Shown here: positions 9,358-19,961 of the stretch, piece by piece
Position numbering within the stretch: position 1 is the stretch's first letter
Layout: each line of letters opens with the position of its first letter
Source: a virus
Direction: 5' to 3' (one strand)
Length of the DNA stretch: 64,000 nt
IMG/VR virus record: IMGVR_UViG_3300045988_163643
Location: 64,001 to 128,000 of that record
Translations under genes and position numbers: made by a program
Notes under the pieces: model-generated
What the model was told of the DNA's origin: nothing
Databases searched by the model: none
What the model saw: the letters and a program-made list of their open reading frames with translations, nothing else

Positions 9358-9999
9358 TTATAAATATTTACTGTATTCTTTTTCAAGTTCTTTAAATGCA
9401 TTATATTTTTCTTCTCTTATTTCTTTTCCTTTTATTCTAGTTTTTTCCATTATTTCATTTTCTTCTATTTGATATTCACGTAATTTGTTTTTAAGTTCTC
9501 CTATTACCATTTTAATACCTTCTATTTGATTTGTTAATTCTTCTATTTTATCTTTTTTTCTTGATAATTTTTTGCGTTTTTCAAAAGCTTTTATTGTATC
9601 TAATAAATGAAGATGGCAATCACATAAATTATTATAATTATATTCTTCTTTTAATTTTTCTATTTGTGTTTTTTCATCATCATATAAATCAACCTTAAAT
9701 TTATCATTTTCATTTGTAACAACTTCTGCCTTAGCAAATAATTCTTCACCTTTAATTTTACAAAAGCTTTTTATTCTTTCTAAATTTTTTCCCATTGTTA
9801 TATAGTAATTAATGTTATCAGTTGTACTCATTAGACTACCACATTGTATTACTTCGCCTTTAGAATTTATTGTTACATTAAATTTATTCCATATAGTTTC
9901 ACTATCATCTATTATAAAAGATAAATCAAGTAAATTTTCATTTGAATTATTCCAACTATTTCTCATATCTCTAATTTCAAAACCATTTAATTTATTCAT
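9358..9999 (-). CDS. hypothetical protein, coiled-coil C-terminal half
   Basis: 213-aa ORF with SD GGAGG. Confidence 0.55.
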   Translation of the reverse strand: MNKLNGFEIRDMRNSWNNSNENLLDLSFIIDDSETIWNKFNVTINSKGEVIQCGSLMSTTDNINYYITMGKNLERIKSFCKIKGEELFAKAEVVTNENDKFKVDLYDDEKTQIEKLKEEYNYNNLCDCHLHLLDTIKAFEKRKKLSRKKDKIEELTNQIEGIKMVIGELKNKLREYQIEENEIMEKTRIKGKEIREEKYNAFKELEKEYSKYL

Positions 10000-10137
10000 A
10001 TAAACCTCCAGTTTAAAGTCCTTAAGACTATTTATTTTTTATATTATTATTATTATATCATGCAGTTTATATTATGTCAAGTGAAAACCTAAAAATAAAT
10101 TTTAAATTTTCATAACTGAGGATATTAAATATCCTCT

Positions 10138-10410
10138 TTATATCATATCTTCTTCATATTCTTTTAAGGTAAAAGGAAAATCATAATTATATGGCTCTTC
10201 TATTATATTCATATATATTTCTTTTTTTAAATTATCTATCACTATTCCATATAAATCTCCGTCTTTATCATAAAGTAAATCAAATTCAGTTTCTCCACAA
10301 GTCCAATTATAAATCTTATTAATATATTCACCATGTAAATATTGATTTAATTCTTTTTCTTTTTTATTTTCATTTATGATAATTCCATTCATTTTCATTA
10401 TTTTTCTCAT
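10138..10410 (-). CDS. hypothetical protein
   Basis: 90-aa ORF with SD GGAGGGTG; stop abuts the GAGGAT hairpin. Confidence 0.5.
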   Translation of the reverse strand: MRKIMKMNGIIINENKKEKELNQYLHGEYINKIYNWTCGETEFDLLYDKDGDLYGIVIDNLKKEIYMNIIEEPYNYDFPFTLKEYEEDMI

Positions 10411-10589
10411 TTATAATCACCCTCCTATATTTTTATACTATTATTATAGTATAGTTTTTATATTATGTCAATAGATTTTAAAAAAATATTTTGAATTTTT
10501 TATTTTATTTTTATGTTAATAACTGAGGATATATTAAATATCCTCTTTACACTATATATTATATATTAGATTATATATTATGTCAATAA

Positions 10590-11042
10590 CTATTTTTCAC
10601 TTTTTATATACAAAATTATAAAATTTTCAAAATTAGTTTCAAAACTGAAACAGAACTTATTTTTAAATGTATTAAATAAATTACTATTTATTGTATCCAA
10701 TTTTTCCATTTTCTCATTCAGTTCCTTATATTTCATAGTATTATTATAATTATCATACATTTCTATTTTTAACATTTCTATTTCATTTTTATTATATGTT
10801 ATTGTTTTCATAAAGTCAATTATAAATAAAAAAGAATCTTCACTTATAATACTTAAATCTTCTATATCTATTTTTAATATGTCATTAGTTAATACTAAGT
10901 TGTAACTTTCAAATATTGTTGTTGTTATTAAATTTATTGGAGTTACTTCTGTTGATATTGAATTAATGTAATAGTCGGCTAAGTTTATTTCTCCTAAGCT
11001 ATCATTATAAACTATTAAATTATGTTTAAAATTTAAAAACAT
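10590..11042 (-). CDS. hypothetical protein
   Basis: 150-aa ORF with SD GAAGGTG. Confidence 0.5.
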   Translation of the reverse strand: MFLNFKHNLIVYNDSLGEINLADYYINSISTEVTPINLITTTIFESYNLVLTNDILKIDIEDLSIISEDSFLFIIDFMKTITYNKNEIEMLKIEMYDNYNNTMKYKELNEKMEKLDTINSNLFNTFKNKFCFSFETNFENFIILYIKSEK

Positions 11043-11153
11043 ATAATCACCTTCTTATTTTATTTGTTATATATATTATATATTATATTATATATATTGT
11101 CAACATAATATTAAAAAATATAGAGAAAAAATTTCTCTATATTTTTCGTGAAC

Positions 11154-11993
11154 TTATGCTAATTGTTGTAAATCAGTTTTATTTATTTCTATTTTTAAAA
11201 TTTTACTTAATGCCATTATGCCTTTAGGAGTGATTTTAAGATTGCTATAATTATGACCTTCTTTCTCTCCGACTAGTATTTTAAACCATGTTTTATCAAC
11301 TTCAGAATAGGGAAGCCAATTTTTGCCTTGCTTGAATATAATTCTATTTTCGTTTAATACTTTGTTAAATTGCTGAGCAGATTTAAATTTAAATAATTTG
11401 GCAACTTGAGTTGATGTATATAATCCATTGCTATTCATAAAATCATCATACCAATTTACTTTTGGTTTTTGTATTTCTATTGTTTCAAGTAGTGGTTTTT
11501 TTTCTAGTTCTGCTAGTTGTTTAGATGCTACTACTCCTTCTTGTCCACCATTATAAATGTCTAATAATAATTTGGCTTTTAATTGTTCATCAGAATTTAT
11601 TACTTCTCTCATTGCAAAATATTCTCTTCTTAATTGTTTTCTTATTTCTTTTGCTTTTTCAGTTTTCATAAAACCAACTAATAACATATATCCTTGTTCA
11701 GATAATAAATAAATATTTTTAGCTCTGTTTAAAGCATTTTGAGTATATAATCCGTTATGGAGAATCTCCATCTCGAAAACTGAATTCCCTTTTAAGTCTA
11801 ATAAATCAACGCCTGTTTCAAACTCGTCTATATGTTCATTTATTTTTCTGTTAATTTCTGATAATTCGGTTTTATGTATTTCAGATATTGTTTTAGCTAA
11901 TACAACCTTTTTGTCTTCACCAAACCCACCTTCTATAATAGGTATTTCTTTACCCATAAAATCTTGTGTGCCATTAATTTTTAATTTATTCAT
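11154..11993 (-). CDS. phage antirepressor-like protein (N-terminal ORF6N/Bro-like domain, C-terminal KilAC-like domain)
   Basis: GYMLLVGFMKTEKAKEIRKQLRREYF, and C-terminal PKVNWYDDFMNSNGLYTSTQVAKLF...ITPKGIMALSKIL. Start at ATG 11993 (AAGGAG SD). Confidence 0.55.
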   Translation of the reverse strand: MNKLKINGTQDFMGKEIPIIEGGFGEDKKVVLAKTISEIHKTELSEINRKINEHIDEFETGVDLLDLKGNSVFEMEILHNGLYTQNALNRAKNIYLLSEQGYMLLVGFMKTEKAKEIRKQLRREYFAMREVINSDEQLKAKLLLDIYNGGQEGVVASKQLAELEKKPLLETIEIQKPKVNWYDDFMNSNGLYTSTQVAKLFKFKSAQQFNKVLNENRIIFKQGKNWLPYSEVDKTWFKILVGEKEGHNYSNLKITPKGIMALSKILKIEINKTDLQQLA

Positions 11994-12027
11994 ATTTACC
12001 AACTCCTTTTATTTCTTATTTACCTAT

Positions 12028-12056
12028 ATTATACTTATACCTTTATTAAAAGTCAA
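12028..12056 (-). promoter_or_regulatory. sigmaA-type promoter TTGACT-17-TATAAT
   Basis: Minus strand reads TTGACTTTTAATAAAGGTATAAGTATAAT. Confidence 0.6.
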
Positions 12057-12060
12057 TAAA

Positions 12061-12111
12061 AACCTAAAAATAAATTTTAGGTTTCCATAACTGAGGATAT
12101 TAAATATCCTC
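12061..12111 (-). terminator. double-hairpin cassette terminator
   Basis: Minus strand: GAGGATATTTAATATCCTC-AGTT, then AACCTAAAATTTATTTTTAGGTTTTT. Confidence 0.6.
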
Positions 12112-12510
12112 TTATTTTACTTTATGTCCATTGATGCTTATTGTATGAGTTTTACCTTTATTATCTATTCCTTTTACTACTACTTTATAAGTTCTATATT
12201 CTTTTAAGTCTTTTTCTATATTTGTTCCATGTAATTTGTTAGCTACTTGTTTTACTATCTTTTTAGTTTTAGAACTACTTAGGTTACTTCTAAATTTAAC
12301 TACATATTGTTTACTATTCATTCTTAAGTTATAACTTGTAATTCCAAAATATTTTAATACTTCTTTATTTTCTCTTTTTTCTATACTGTCAAGTGTTATG
12401 TAAGTTCTTCCTTTAGTTCCTTGAATTACTTTTGCTTGTGTCATACAAGGTACACTTATTAATATACTTGTTACCATAGCAAATACTAAACCTTTAATTA
12501 ATTTTTTCAT
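12112..12510 (-). CDS. secreted protein (signal peptide)
   Basis: MKKLIKGLVFAMVTSILISVPCMTQAKV. Confidence 0.55.
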   Translation of the reverse strand: MKKLIKGLVFAMVTSILISVPCMTQAKVIQGTKGRTYITLDSIEKRENKEVLKYFGITSYNLRMNSKQYVVKFRSNLSSSKTKKIVKQVANKLHGTNIEKDLKEYRTYKVVVKGIDNKGKTHTISINGHKVK

Positions 12511-12572
12511 AAAAACAACACTCCTTTTTATTTTTAATTATATTTTTCACCCTTTGAGGTGATAACTGAGGA

Positions 12573-12797
12573 TTATGCAATCCTCTTAAAATAGAAGTTG
12601 AAGTTAATTCTATTAATGTCGTCATGTATTATGTCGTCATTGACTTTTACCCATTCAGCTGATACACTATTTAATAAATCTTCTATTCCTTCATTGAAAT
12701 AATTTAAGTAAAAATCATCAAATTTAATCGCATTCATGTCTAGTTCTCTATTGTCGGAAAACATATTATTTTTTGGTTCTATTGTTAATAGTAACAT
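12573..12797 (-). CDS. hypothetical protein
   Basis: 74 aa, SD AAGGGAG. The stop codon lies in the loop of the GAGGAT hairpin. Confidence 0.5.
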   Translation of the reverse strand: MLLLTIEPKNNMFSDNRELDMNAIKFDDFYLNYFNEGIEDLLNSVSAEWVKVNDDIIHDDINRINFNFYFKRIA

Positions 12798-12923
12798 TAT
12801 ACCAACTCCCTTTTATTTATCTTTATATTATCATTATATACTAGTATTTATATATTGTCAATAGAAAACCTAAAAATAATTTTTATTTTTAGGTTTCAGT
12901 AACTGAGGATATTAAATATCCTC

Positions 12924-13178
12924 TTAATACCATTTACCATACCTGCTTTCATATTCAACTAGTGTTATTATACTAAAATCAATCTCTGAATCTACTTCTG
13001 ATATTTCAACTATATAAGGTTTTCTATTGATAAAAACTTTTGTATCTGAAACATATTTTATATTGTCTAAAACCTTTTTTAAATTTTGTTTATTAAGTTT
13101 ATCTAGTATATTATCATATATACCTAATGTATACCCTTCACTTTTTATTTTATTTATTATAACCTCTTTATTTTTCAT
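12924..13178 (-). CDS. hypothetical protein
   Basis: 84 aa, SD TAGGAGGA. Confidence 0.5.
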   Translation of the reverse strand: MKNKEVIINKIKSEGYTLGIYDNILDKLNKQNLKKVLDNIKYVSDTKVFINRKPYIVEISEVDSEIDFSIITLVEYESRYGKWY

Positions 13179-13290
13179 TTTTTAAAATCCTCCTAATTAA
13201 TTTTTATACTATAATTATATCATAGTACTTATCTATTGTCAAGTAAAAATTTAAATTTTATTTTTAAATTTTCATAACTGAGGATTATAA

Positions 13291-13710
13291 TTAATCCTCT
13301 AAAGATATCAATATTTGTTTGAATATATTATTATCATTTAAATCTTTTATTATATTCTTTAAGTTATCATTTTTATTGCTATCTCTTACTATTAATTCTA
13401 TGTCTTCTTCTATGTAGTCAATAGAATCATAAACATATTCTTCATAGTCATATTGTGTATAACTTATTAATTCTCCATTGTCATTAAAATGGAATAAATC
13501 ATCATTAGAATTAAAGTTACCTTTTTCAACTTGTTCTATTAATTCTAATGGGTCTAGTTCTTCCATTAATTCATTGAATTCTTCTATGTCATGAACCATT
13601 AACCAATCTAAGTAAAAACTATTATAACTTATAACTTCAACAAGTTCTAATAAATCAGTATAATTATTTCTATCCTCTAAAGTTTTTCTTAAAGATTCAA
13701 ATTTATTCAT
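13291..13710 (-). CDS. hypothetical strongly acidic protein
   Basis: 139 aa, D/E-rich. The C-terminal LED* is encoded by the hairpin arm GAGGATTAA. Confidence 0.5.
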   Translation of the reverse strand: MNKFESLRKTLEDRNNYTDLLELVEVISYNSFYLDWLMVHDIEEFNELMEELDPLELIEQVEKGNFNSNDDLFHFNDNGELISYTQYDYEEYVYDSIDYIEEDIELIVRDSNKNDNLKNIIKDLNDNNIFKQILISLED

Positions 13711-13869
13711 AATAACAACTCCCTTTTATTTATTTTTTTTATTTATCTTTATACTATGTATTATATACTAGTGATTATATTATGTCAAGTGAAAATCTAA
13801 ATTTTATTTTTAAATTTTCATAAAAGTATTTGACTTTCAGTAACTGAGAATATAAAATTATATTCTCTT

Positions 13870-14199
13870 TTATATATTTAAAAATTCATTATCTTCTAAC
13901 ATTGTTACTTTATAATCATAATATTTTTTTATGACATCAATATCTTTTTCATCATATGCTATTATATAAGTATTACCTTCTACTTCTGCAACTTCTCCAA
14001 TGATAAAATTATTAAATCGTTCCAATGTTAAATCTTCCAATACAGAATCATCTTCTTCAAATAATTTTTCTTTTTCTTTTTCATCTTTTGCTAATAAATC
14101 AACTAAACATTCAAAATGTAAACTATTTTCTATGAGTTTTCCATTAGCTATGACAAAAGCATTTTTTCTATATAATTCATAATCATATTCTATTTTCAT
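13870..14199 (-). CDS. hypothetical acidic protein
   Basis: Start at ATG 14199 (AAGGGGA SD). Confidence 0.5.
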   Translation of the reverse strand: MKIEYDYELYRKNAFVIANGKLIENSLHFECLVDLLAKDEKEKEKLFEEDDSVLEDLTLERFNNFIIGEVAEVEGNTYIIAYDEKDIDVIKKYYDYKVTMLEDNEFLNI

Positions 14200-14314
14200 A
14201 TTTATCAATCCCCTTTTATTTATCTTTATACTATGATTATATATAGATAATTATATATTGTCAATAGAAAATAAAAAAATCCATATATTTTTACATATAT
14301 GGATTTTAAATATT

Positions 14315-15247
14315 TTATTTAAAATAATAATTCATATTATTTACAATTAAATCGGTAACATATAATAAGCCTTTTTTAGTTATGTAGATACCCTTAGAAT
14401 TATTATTTTTTTCATACATAAATAAATTTTTCTTTTTATTTCTATCTGTTAACCTTTCACTTGTTTTAAATTGCTTTTGTTTTATCATAAATTTATTAAA
14501 TAATGTTATCCCTATTTTCTTATGATAAAATTCATATTTATTAAATAAGTCTATATATTCTTTTTTACTCATAGTTGTATTATCATCTAAACTATTTAAA
14601 TAGGTTTTAAACTTATCTAAGTTAGTTATATTAATTATTGTTACATCATTATTTTTAGTGGTTAGATTTTTAGAGTTCTTATTTAAATCATCAATTTTAT
14701 CAGATAAATCTTTTATTATTTTAGATAATTCATTTATTGTTTTATTTTGTTCTTCTATTTTATTGAATAATTCTGTATTGTTTATTATTAGTGTTTCATT
14801 ATCAGAATTTTCATTTAAAATTATGCTAAGTATTTTACCTCTTATTTCTTGAGCAACTTTACTATCTCTTAATAACATAGCTATATTTAAAAAACATCTT
14901 TTATTTACTAATGTATTACTTTTATTGGCAAATCTTCTATCATCTGATATAAAATAACCTCTGTAGTTAGTAAGGAGTATTTTGTTCTCTACTAAAATTT
15001 TTCTTGTTTTATTGCCATTTAATATTAATAAACCATTATTAATTAATTCTTCTTTATGTCTTTGTATTAATCTTTTTATGCAATCATAATCGACTTCAAA
15101 ATATTCAGCCACTCTGTCAAGTGTTTCATATTCCATATTATTAATTGTAGTTATAGTTTTATATTTATTCATTATATTTAAACTTTTATTGTTATTTAAT
15201 ATCTCTCGTCTTAATTCTTCTTTTTCTAAAATATCATTTAATACCAT
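14315..15247 (-). CDS. ORF6N-like DNA-binding domain protein
   Basis: MEYETLDRVAEYFEVDYDCIKRLIQRHKEEL ... CFLNIAMLLRDSKVAQEIRGKIL. Start at ATG 15247 (AAGGAG SD). Confidence 0.45.
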   Translation of the reverse strand: MVLNDILEKEELRREILNNNKSLNIMNKYKTITTINNMEYETLDRVAEYFEVDYDCIKRLIQRHKEELINNGLLILNGNKTRKILVENKILLTNYRGYFISDDRRFANKSNTLVNKRCFLNIAMLLRDSKVAQEIRGKILSIILNENSDNETLIINNTELFNKIEEQNKTINELSKIIKDLSDKIDDLNKNSKNLTTKNNDVTIINITNLDKFKTYLNSLDDNTTMSKKEYIDLFNKYEFYHKKIGITLFNKFMIKQKQFKTSERLTDRNKKKNLFMYEKNNNSKGIYITKKGLLYVTDLIVNNMNYYFK

Positions 15248-15308
15248 TATTACCAACTCCTTTTATATATTTGCTTATATTATACTTAATGTTTTATTAA
15301 AAGTCAAT

Positions 15309-15489
15309 AAATACTCATAAAAATATTTAATTTTCCATAAATATTTAGAGGTTTCCCTTTTTAAAAGGGAAAACAAAATATCTTTAGCTTTAATTAATGT
15401 TTTATTATATATTATTCCCTTCCCTTTTTAAAGGGAGGCAAAATATATTAACATAAAAATACTCATAAAAATATTTAATTTTCCATAAA
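15309..15489. repeat. 33-bp perfect direct repeat pair, each followed by a CCCTTTTTAAA(A)GGG palindrome
   Basis: AAATACTCATAAAAATATTTAATTTTCCATAAA at 15309-15341 and 15457-15489. No ORF lies between them. Confidence 0.8.
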
Positions 15490-15671
15490 AATATACTTCT
15501 CTAAGCTATTTAAATGGATTCTAAGGCAGTTGTAACTGTTCAATGGATAAGTTATTCATTGAACTACAAACTCATATTTAAAATTAACTTTTGTCAAATT
15601 TTGTCGATTAATACCAAATAAAAAAACCCAAAGTTAAATTTAATTTTAACTTTGGGTTAACTGAGGATTAA

Positions 15672-16019
15672 TTAAAACCCTCTATTTGGGAAGGATAGAC
15701 TTCTACAGCCTATTATTCTTCCCTTTTCGTCACGTACTGATTGATTAACAAGTGCTAAATCAGTTCTAGTTTTACAAGCATTGGCAACCATAGCTGATAC
15801 AATTAATATAGTGTCGTCTTGTTGTGGAGGTAATCCTACAACATCACCAAAAGTATTATCAGTTATTGGAATTGATATTCCATTTACTAATAATGAACCA
15901 GCATCAGTTGTTGTTTGTGATACTCTTATAAGAGTGTTAGAAGATGGTACAGTAAGTATAATATTATTATCACTATCCATTATATTTATGTCATGTGGTG
16001 TACAGTTTAATATTTTCAT
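15672..16019 (-). CDS. hypothetical protein
   Basis: Start MKILNCTPHD at 16019, after the conserved TAGGAGGG leader. The track extension MKIFRRVLY is leader-derived. Confidence 0.5.
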   Translation of the reverse strand: MKILNCTPHDINIMDSDNNIILTVPSSNTLIRVSQTTTDAGSLLVNGISIPITDNTFGDVVGLPPQQDDTILIVSAMVANACKTRTDLALVNQSVRDEKGRIIGCRSLSFPNRGF

Positions 16020-16135
16020 ATATAAAACCCTCCTAAATATTTTCATTTTTAAATTTAATTATCATGAAAGTTTTTAACTTTCACGATTACTGAAGAAGAA
16101 ACTTATTTCCTTCTTCTTAAACTTCTATTTTATCC

Positions 16136-16459
16136 TTATAATTCAAAATATCCTTGTTGTATTCTTTCATTTAGAAGTTTTAAACCATCCGTTAATATTT
16201 TTTTACTTCTTGTGCTTCTTTTTAATACATTTACTTTTTTTATGTTGTCTATATTAGCCACATATATATCTCCATCAGCTTTTTTATATTCAAGTTTCAT
16301 ATAATGTTCATAAGTTCTTCCACAACGTTCTGCATATCTTATAGCATTCATTTTACCTTCAACTATTTGTCCATCTGTAAAAGTTATTTGTATTAAATCA
16401 CCTTTTTTTAATTCCATTTCGTATATATCTTTAACCATTTTATAAAATCTCTCTCTCAT
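16136..16459 (-). CDS. hypothetical protein
   Basis: 107 aa, SD TAGGAGGG. Confidence 0.5.
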   Translation of the reverse strand: MRERFYKMVKDIYEMELKKGDLIQITFTDGQIVEGKMNAIRYAERCGRTYEHYMKLEYKKADGDIYVANIDNIKKVNVLKRSTRSKKILTDGLKLLNERIQQGYFEL

Positions 16460-16594
16460 AATATAAACCCTCCTAAAAATTTAATTTATATTTATTAACT
16501 ATATAATAACATAGTGTTTATATAAAGTCAATAAATATTTTAATTATCATGAAAGTTTTTAACTTTCACGATAACTGAGGATTAATATAATCCT

Positions 16595-16834
16595 CTATAA
16601 ATAATATTTGTAATTAATTTTACTGTTATTATAACAAGCTTTAGCAGTTTTATAAGCTGATAAACTTCTACTTATATGTATACCAAAAGTTTTATTTGCT
16701 ATTTTAACCGCTTGATTAAGACTTAATATTTTGTTGTTTACTGCAAAGTATAAACAAGGATATAATGTAACTATTGCCCATTTATTACTCTTAGCATTAA
16801 CCTTTTTACCATTAACAATATATATTTTATTCAT
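16595..16834 (-). CDS. hypothetical protein
   Basis: Start MNKIYIV at 16834, after the conserved leader. Confidence 0.5.
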   Translation of the reverse strand: MNKIYIVNGKKVNAKSNKWAIVTLYPCLYFAVNNKILSLNQAVKIANKTFGIHISRSLSAYKTAKACYNNSKINYKYYL

Positions 16835-16919
16835 ATATAAAACCCTCCTAAATATTTTCATTTTTCTAATTAATTTTCACAAAACCTTTTAACTTTCAGC
16901 AATAACTGAGGATTTATAA

Positions 16920-17099
16920 TTAATCCTCTACAAATATTTCTAAGATATCCTCTTTAAAATCCCACGCTTCAAGATGCTTATAGCTTACATTATGCTCTTT
17001 TGCCTCTTCTCCAACGTCTAAATCGGATATTCCTTTTATACTGTATCTATCTACTAAATTTTTAAATGTTTCAGTTACTTTAAATTGATATCTTTTCAT
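16920..17099 (-). CDS. hypothetical 59-aa protein
   Basis: MKRYQFKVTE...ILEIFVED, SD TAGGAGGA. The final ED* is encoded in the hairpin arm. Below the track cutoff. Confidence 0.45.
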   Translation of the reverse strand: MKRYQFKVTETFKNLVDRYSIKGISDLDVGEEAKEHNVSYKHLEAWDFKEDILEIFVED

Positions 17100-17242
17100 A
17101 ATATAAAATCCTCCTAAATTTTCATTTTTTTATTTAACTTTCATTTATATTATATATCAGCTTTTATATAAAGTCAATAAATGATATAAATGAAATTCCA
17201 AAGTTAGATTTAATTTTAACTTTGGAAATAACTGAAAAAGGA

Positions 17243-17509
17243 TTAATAAGTTAAAAATCCCTTTTCTTTATAACTTGTCATTTTAAAACCTAATTTTTCA
17301 TTTAATGTTTCTATATTGTCTAATATAAAAATTTTATCATTATGATTTAAATAAGATATTTCATACTCTTTTTCATTGTTTATACTCCAAGATAATATTA
17401 TATTATGTTCTTCCAGAGCATTTAATATAATATTAATATCCTTATAATCCTTTTCCTCTGCATAAAATACTTTTAAGTCTATTTTATTTATATTTATTTC
17501 TTTTTTCAT
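17243..17509 (-). CDS. hypothetical protein
   Basis: 88 aa, SD TAGGAGGG. Confidence 0.5.
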   Translation of the reverse strand: MKKEININKIDLKVFYAEEKDYKDINIILNALEEHNIILSWSINNEKEYEISYLNHNDKIFILDNIETLNEKLGFKMTSYKEKGFLTY

Positions 17510-17587
17510 ATATAACCCTCCTAAATAATTTCATTTTTTTAATTAATTTTCACAAAAGTTTTTAATTTTTGCTAACTGAGGATTATA

Positions 17588-17953
17588 TTAATCCTCTTCT
17601 ATTATTTCTTCATATTCTGCAATTGTAACTTCATTGTATATTTCATTTACCATGTACTCAAAAGCTAACCAACTTAGGTTATTAGCATCTACTTCAAAGT
17701 TAGGACTTAAGTTGTCTTTTACATTATTATATATTTCAAATATTTCTTCCATATGTTTAATAAAAAAGCATTTAGTTTCAGATAAGTAAATTAACTCTGA
17801 AACCATACCACTTGAACAACCATATTGAAGAACTTCTTCTAAAAATGCCATTGGATTTTCATAATCATCAATATGATTAAGAATTATATCAATAACATTA
17901 TCCTTTAGTTCGTTTTCTCCATACATATTTTCTAAAAAAGTATTTAATTTCAT
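17588..17953 (-). CDS. YGC(S/I)SG-motif acidic protein, paralog family member
   Basis: About 60% identical by eye to 21777..22133 (LQYGCSSGMVSELIY...NNLSWLAFEYM). Confidence 0.55.
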   Translation of the reverse strand: MKLNTFLENMYGENELKDNVIDIILNHIDDYENPMAFLEEVLQYGCSSGMVSELIYLSETKCFFIKHMEEIFEIYNNVKDNLSPNFEVDANNLSWLAFEYMVNEIYNEVTIAEYEEIIEED

Positions 17954-18034
17954 ATAAAACCCTCCTAAATATTTTCATTTTTTTATTTAATTTTCATAAA
18001 AGTAATTAACTTCTATGAGCAACTGAGGATTATA

Positions 18035-18385
18035 TTAATCCTCTATGCTATACGCCATGCACATATTAAAATCATCTTTACTGAAATCTATTATTATAAA
18101 ACTACCATTTTTATTATTATGTTTATACCATGTTGTGCCTGTTAGTCCATTTAGCCATGATTTTTTACCTTTTTTTTCGCCTTCTAATATTTCAAATACT
18201 ACTTCATTGTTACTGTATCGAATTCCTTTTCTCTTGCATATGTTTTTAGTTAATGAAACATATTTTTCATTTTCCATATTTAATAAACTTTCAGCTTTTT
18301 CTAGGTTAACATATCCATTTAAAACTAATTTTGATATACTCTCTCTTAATTCTATCATACCTTGTTTTTTAGTTATTTTATTCAT
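18035..18385 (-). CDS. hypothetical protein
   Basis: 116 aa, SD TAGGAGGG. Preferred over the antisense ORF 18045..18431. Confidence 0.5.
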   Translation of the reverse strand: MNKITKKQGMIELRESISKLVLNGYVNLEKAESLLNMENEKYVSLTKNICKRKGIRYSNNEVVFEILEGEKKGKKSWLNGLTGTTWYKHNNKNGSFIIIDFSKDDFNMCMAYSIED

Positions 18386-18532
18386 ATTATACCCTCCTAA
18401 AATTTTAATTATTAACTATATTATAGTTTAAGAGCTATATAAAGTCAATAAATATTTTAATTTTCATGAAAGTTTTTAACTTTCAGGAATAACTGAGGAT
18501 TAATTAAAACCCTCTATATTAGATAATACTAT

Positions 18533-18730
18533 TTAAAAGTTTACATTTATAACCTTATATTCTAGTATTAAACCTTTTCTACTTGTTATTTCAGCATGTA
18601 CTTTATAACCTTTTCTCTCTATTATAAAGCTTTTAGAAAAATTACTATCTTTAGTTTTTCCACTCATAGAAATTAACTTGAAACCGTCATTTTGTAATTC
18701 TTTAAAAAAATCATTTTCTTTCATTATCAT
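18533..18730 (-). CDS. hypothetical protein
   Basis: 65 aa, SD TAGGAGGG. Confidence 0.45.
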   Translation of the reverse strand: MIMKENDFFKELQNDGFKLISMSGKTKDSNFSKSFIIERKGYKVHAEITSRKGLILEYKVINVNF

Positions 18731-18846
18731 ATTATACCCTCCTAAATTTTATTTATTAACTATATTATAATATAATGCTTATATAAAGTCAATAAATATT
18801 TTAATTCTCATGAAAAATTTTAACTCTGAGCAACTGAAGAAGGATT

Positions 18847-19182
18847 TTATTTTCCTTCTTCTACTTCTTTATTAAATAAGCTTTTTATTTTTTTAGAAAA
18901 CTTTTTATCCTTTGTCACGTCATAAAATCTAAATTCATTATAAAAAGTATATTCTTTTATAGCTTCTAAATGCGAATTAATCGCTTGAGTTGTAGAACTT
19001 GTATCATAATTACAATTATCAACTATTATTTTATTTTCAAGAGTATCAATAATCATAATGATATTTCCATGATATGTTAAATAGTAACTATCTTGAAGTT
19101 TTTCCATTTTATGATTACCTACTTTAATCATAATATCACCATTCATAATAGATTTAAATATTTTTTCACTATATTTTCTCAT
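18847..19182 (-). CDS. hypothetical protein
   Basis: 111 aa. The C-terminal EEGK* is encoded by the hairpin arm GAAGAAGGAAAATAA. Confidence 0.5.
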   Translation of the reverse strand: MRKYSEKIFKSIMNGDIMIKVGNHKMEKLQDSYYLTYHGNIIMIIDTLENKIIVDNCNYDTSSTTQAINSHLEAIKEYTFYNEFRFYDVTKDKKFSKKIKSLFNKEVEEGK

Positions 19183-19304
19183 AATAAAAACCCTCCTAAA
19201 TATTCATTTATTAACTTCATTGTAACATAATGTTTATATAAAGTCAATAAATATTTTAATTTTTACCAAAAGTTTTTTAAACTTTCAGTTACTGAAGAAG
19301 GATT

Positions 19305-19523
19305 TTATTTTCCTTCTTCTAATTTTTCATTTATATTATTCAACCAATCAAATATTTTGTCTTGTTGGTCGTATAAATCATTATTGAAAGGGTACTGCTC
19401 TGTAATTAATTCATTTATATTAATATTGTTTTCCCTTTCAGCTTTTTCTAATTGCATTGTAAAAATATATAAACTTTCCTTCAATTCTGAAATACTATTC
19501 ATTAATTCTTTTTTATTTTTCAT
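19305..19523 (-). CDS. hypothetical protein
   Basis: 72 aa with the same EEGK* hairpin-encoded tail. Confidence 0.5.
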   Translation of the reverse strand: MKNKKELMNSISELKESLYIFTMQLEKAERENNININELITEQYPFNNDLYDQQDKIFDWLNNINEKLEEGK

Positions 19524-19640
19524 ATTATACCCTCCTAAAACTCATTTATTAACTTTATTGTAGTATAACTATTATATAAAGTCAATAAATATTTTAATTT
19601 TCACAAAAGTTTTTTTAACTTTTGTTACTGAAAAAGAGAA

Positions 19641-19961
19641 TTAATTCTCTTTTTCTTTTCTAAAACGGAATTCAATTATATTTTTATCTCTATGATTTTT
19701 TATTAGATTTATTTCAGCTTCAGCTTGTTGGTCGTTGTCATACATGAATAACTTGTCAATGTCTGTTCTGTGGTTTAAACAATAAACTAAAAAACCGACT
19801 CTTGTTGCACCTTCATATTGAAAATAAATTAATTCATTTTCAAGATTAATTCTAACTTTAGTTATCCATATTTTTTCATTTATTTTCTTTTCATATTTTA
19901 TCATGTCGATTATTTTATCCATATTCTTTAATAATTCACTTCTTATTTCTTTTTTATTCAT
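19641..19961 (-). CDS. hypothetical protein
   Basis: Start MNKKEIRS at 19961, after the TAGGAGGG leader. Confidence 0.5.
   Translation of the reverse strand: MNKKEIRSELLKNMDKIIDMIKYEKKINEKIWITKVRINLENELIYFQYEGATRVGFLVYCLNHRTDIDKLFMYDNDQQAEAEINLIKNHRDKNIIEFRFRKEKEN

Noticed and set aside
16020-16046. N-terminal extension MKIFRRVLY (also at 16835..16861 and MKMKFLGGFC at 19962..19991)
   Set aside because: The extension is the conserved AAATGAAAATATTTAGGAGGG leader read in frame. The AGGAGG inside it is the SD for the downstream ATG.
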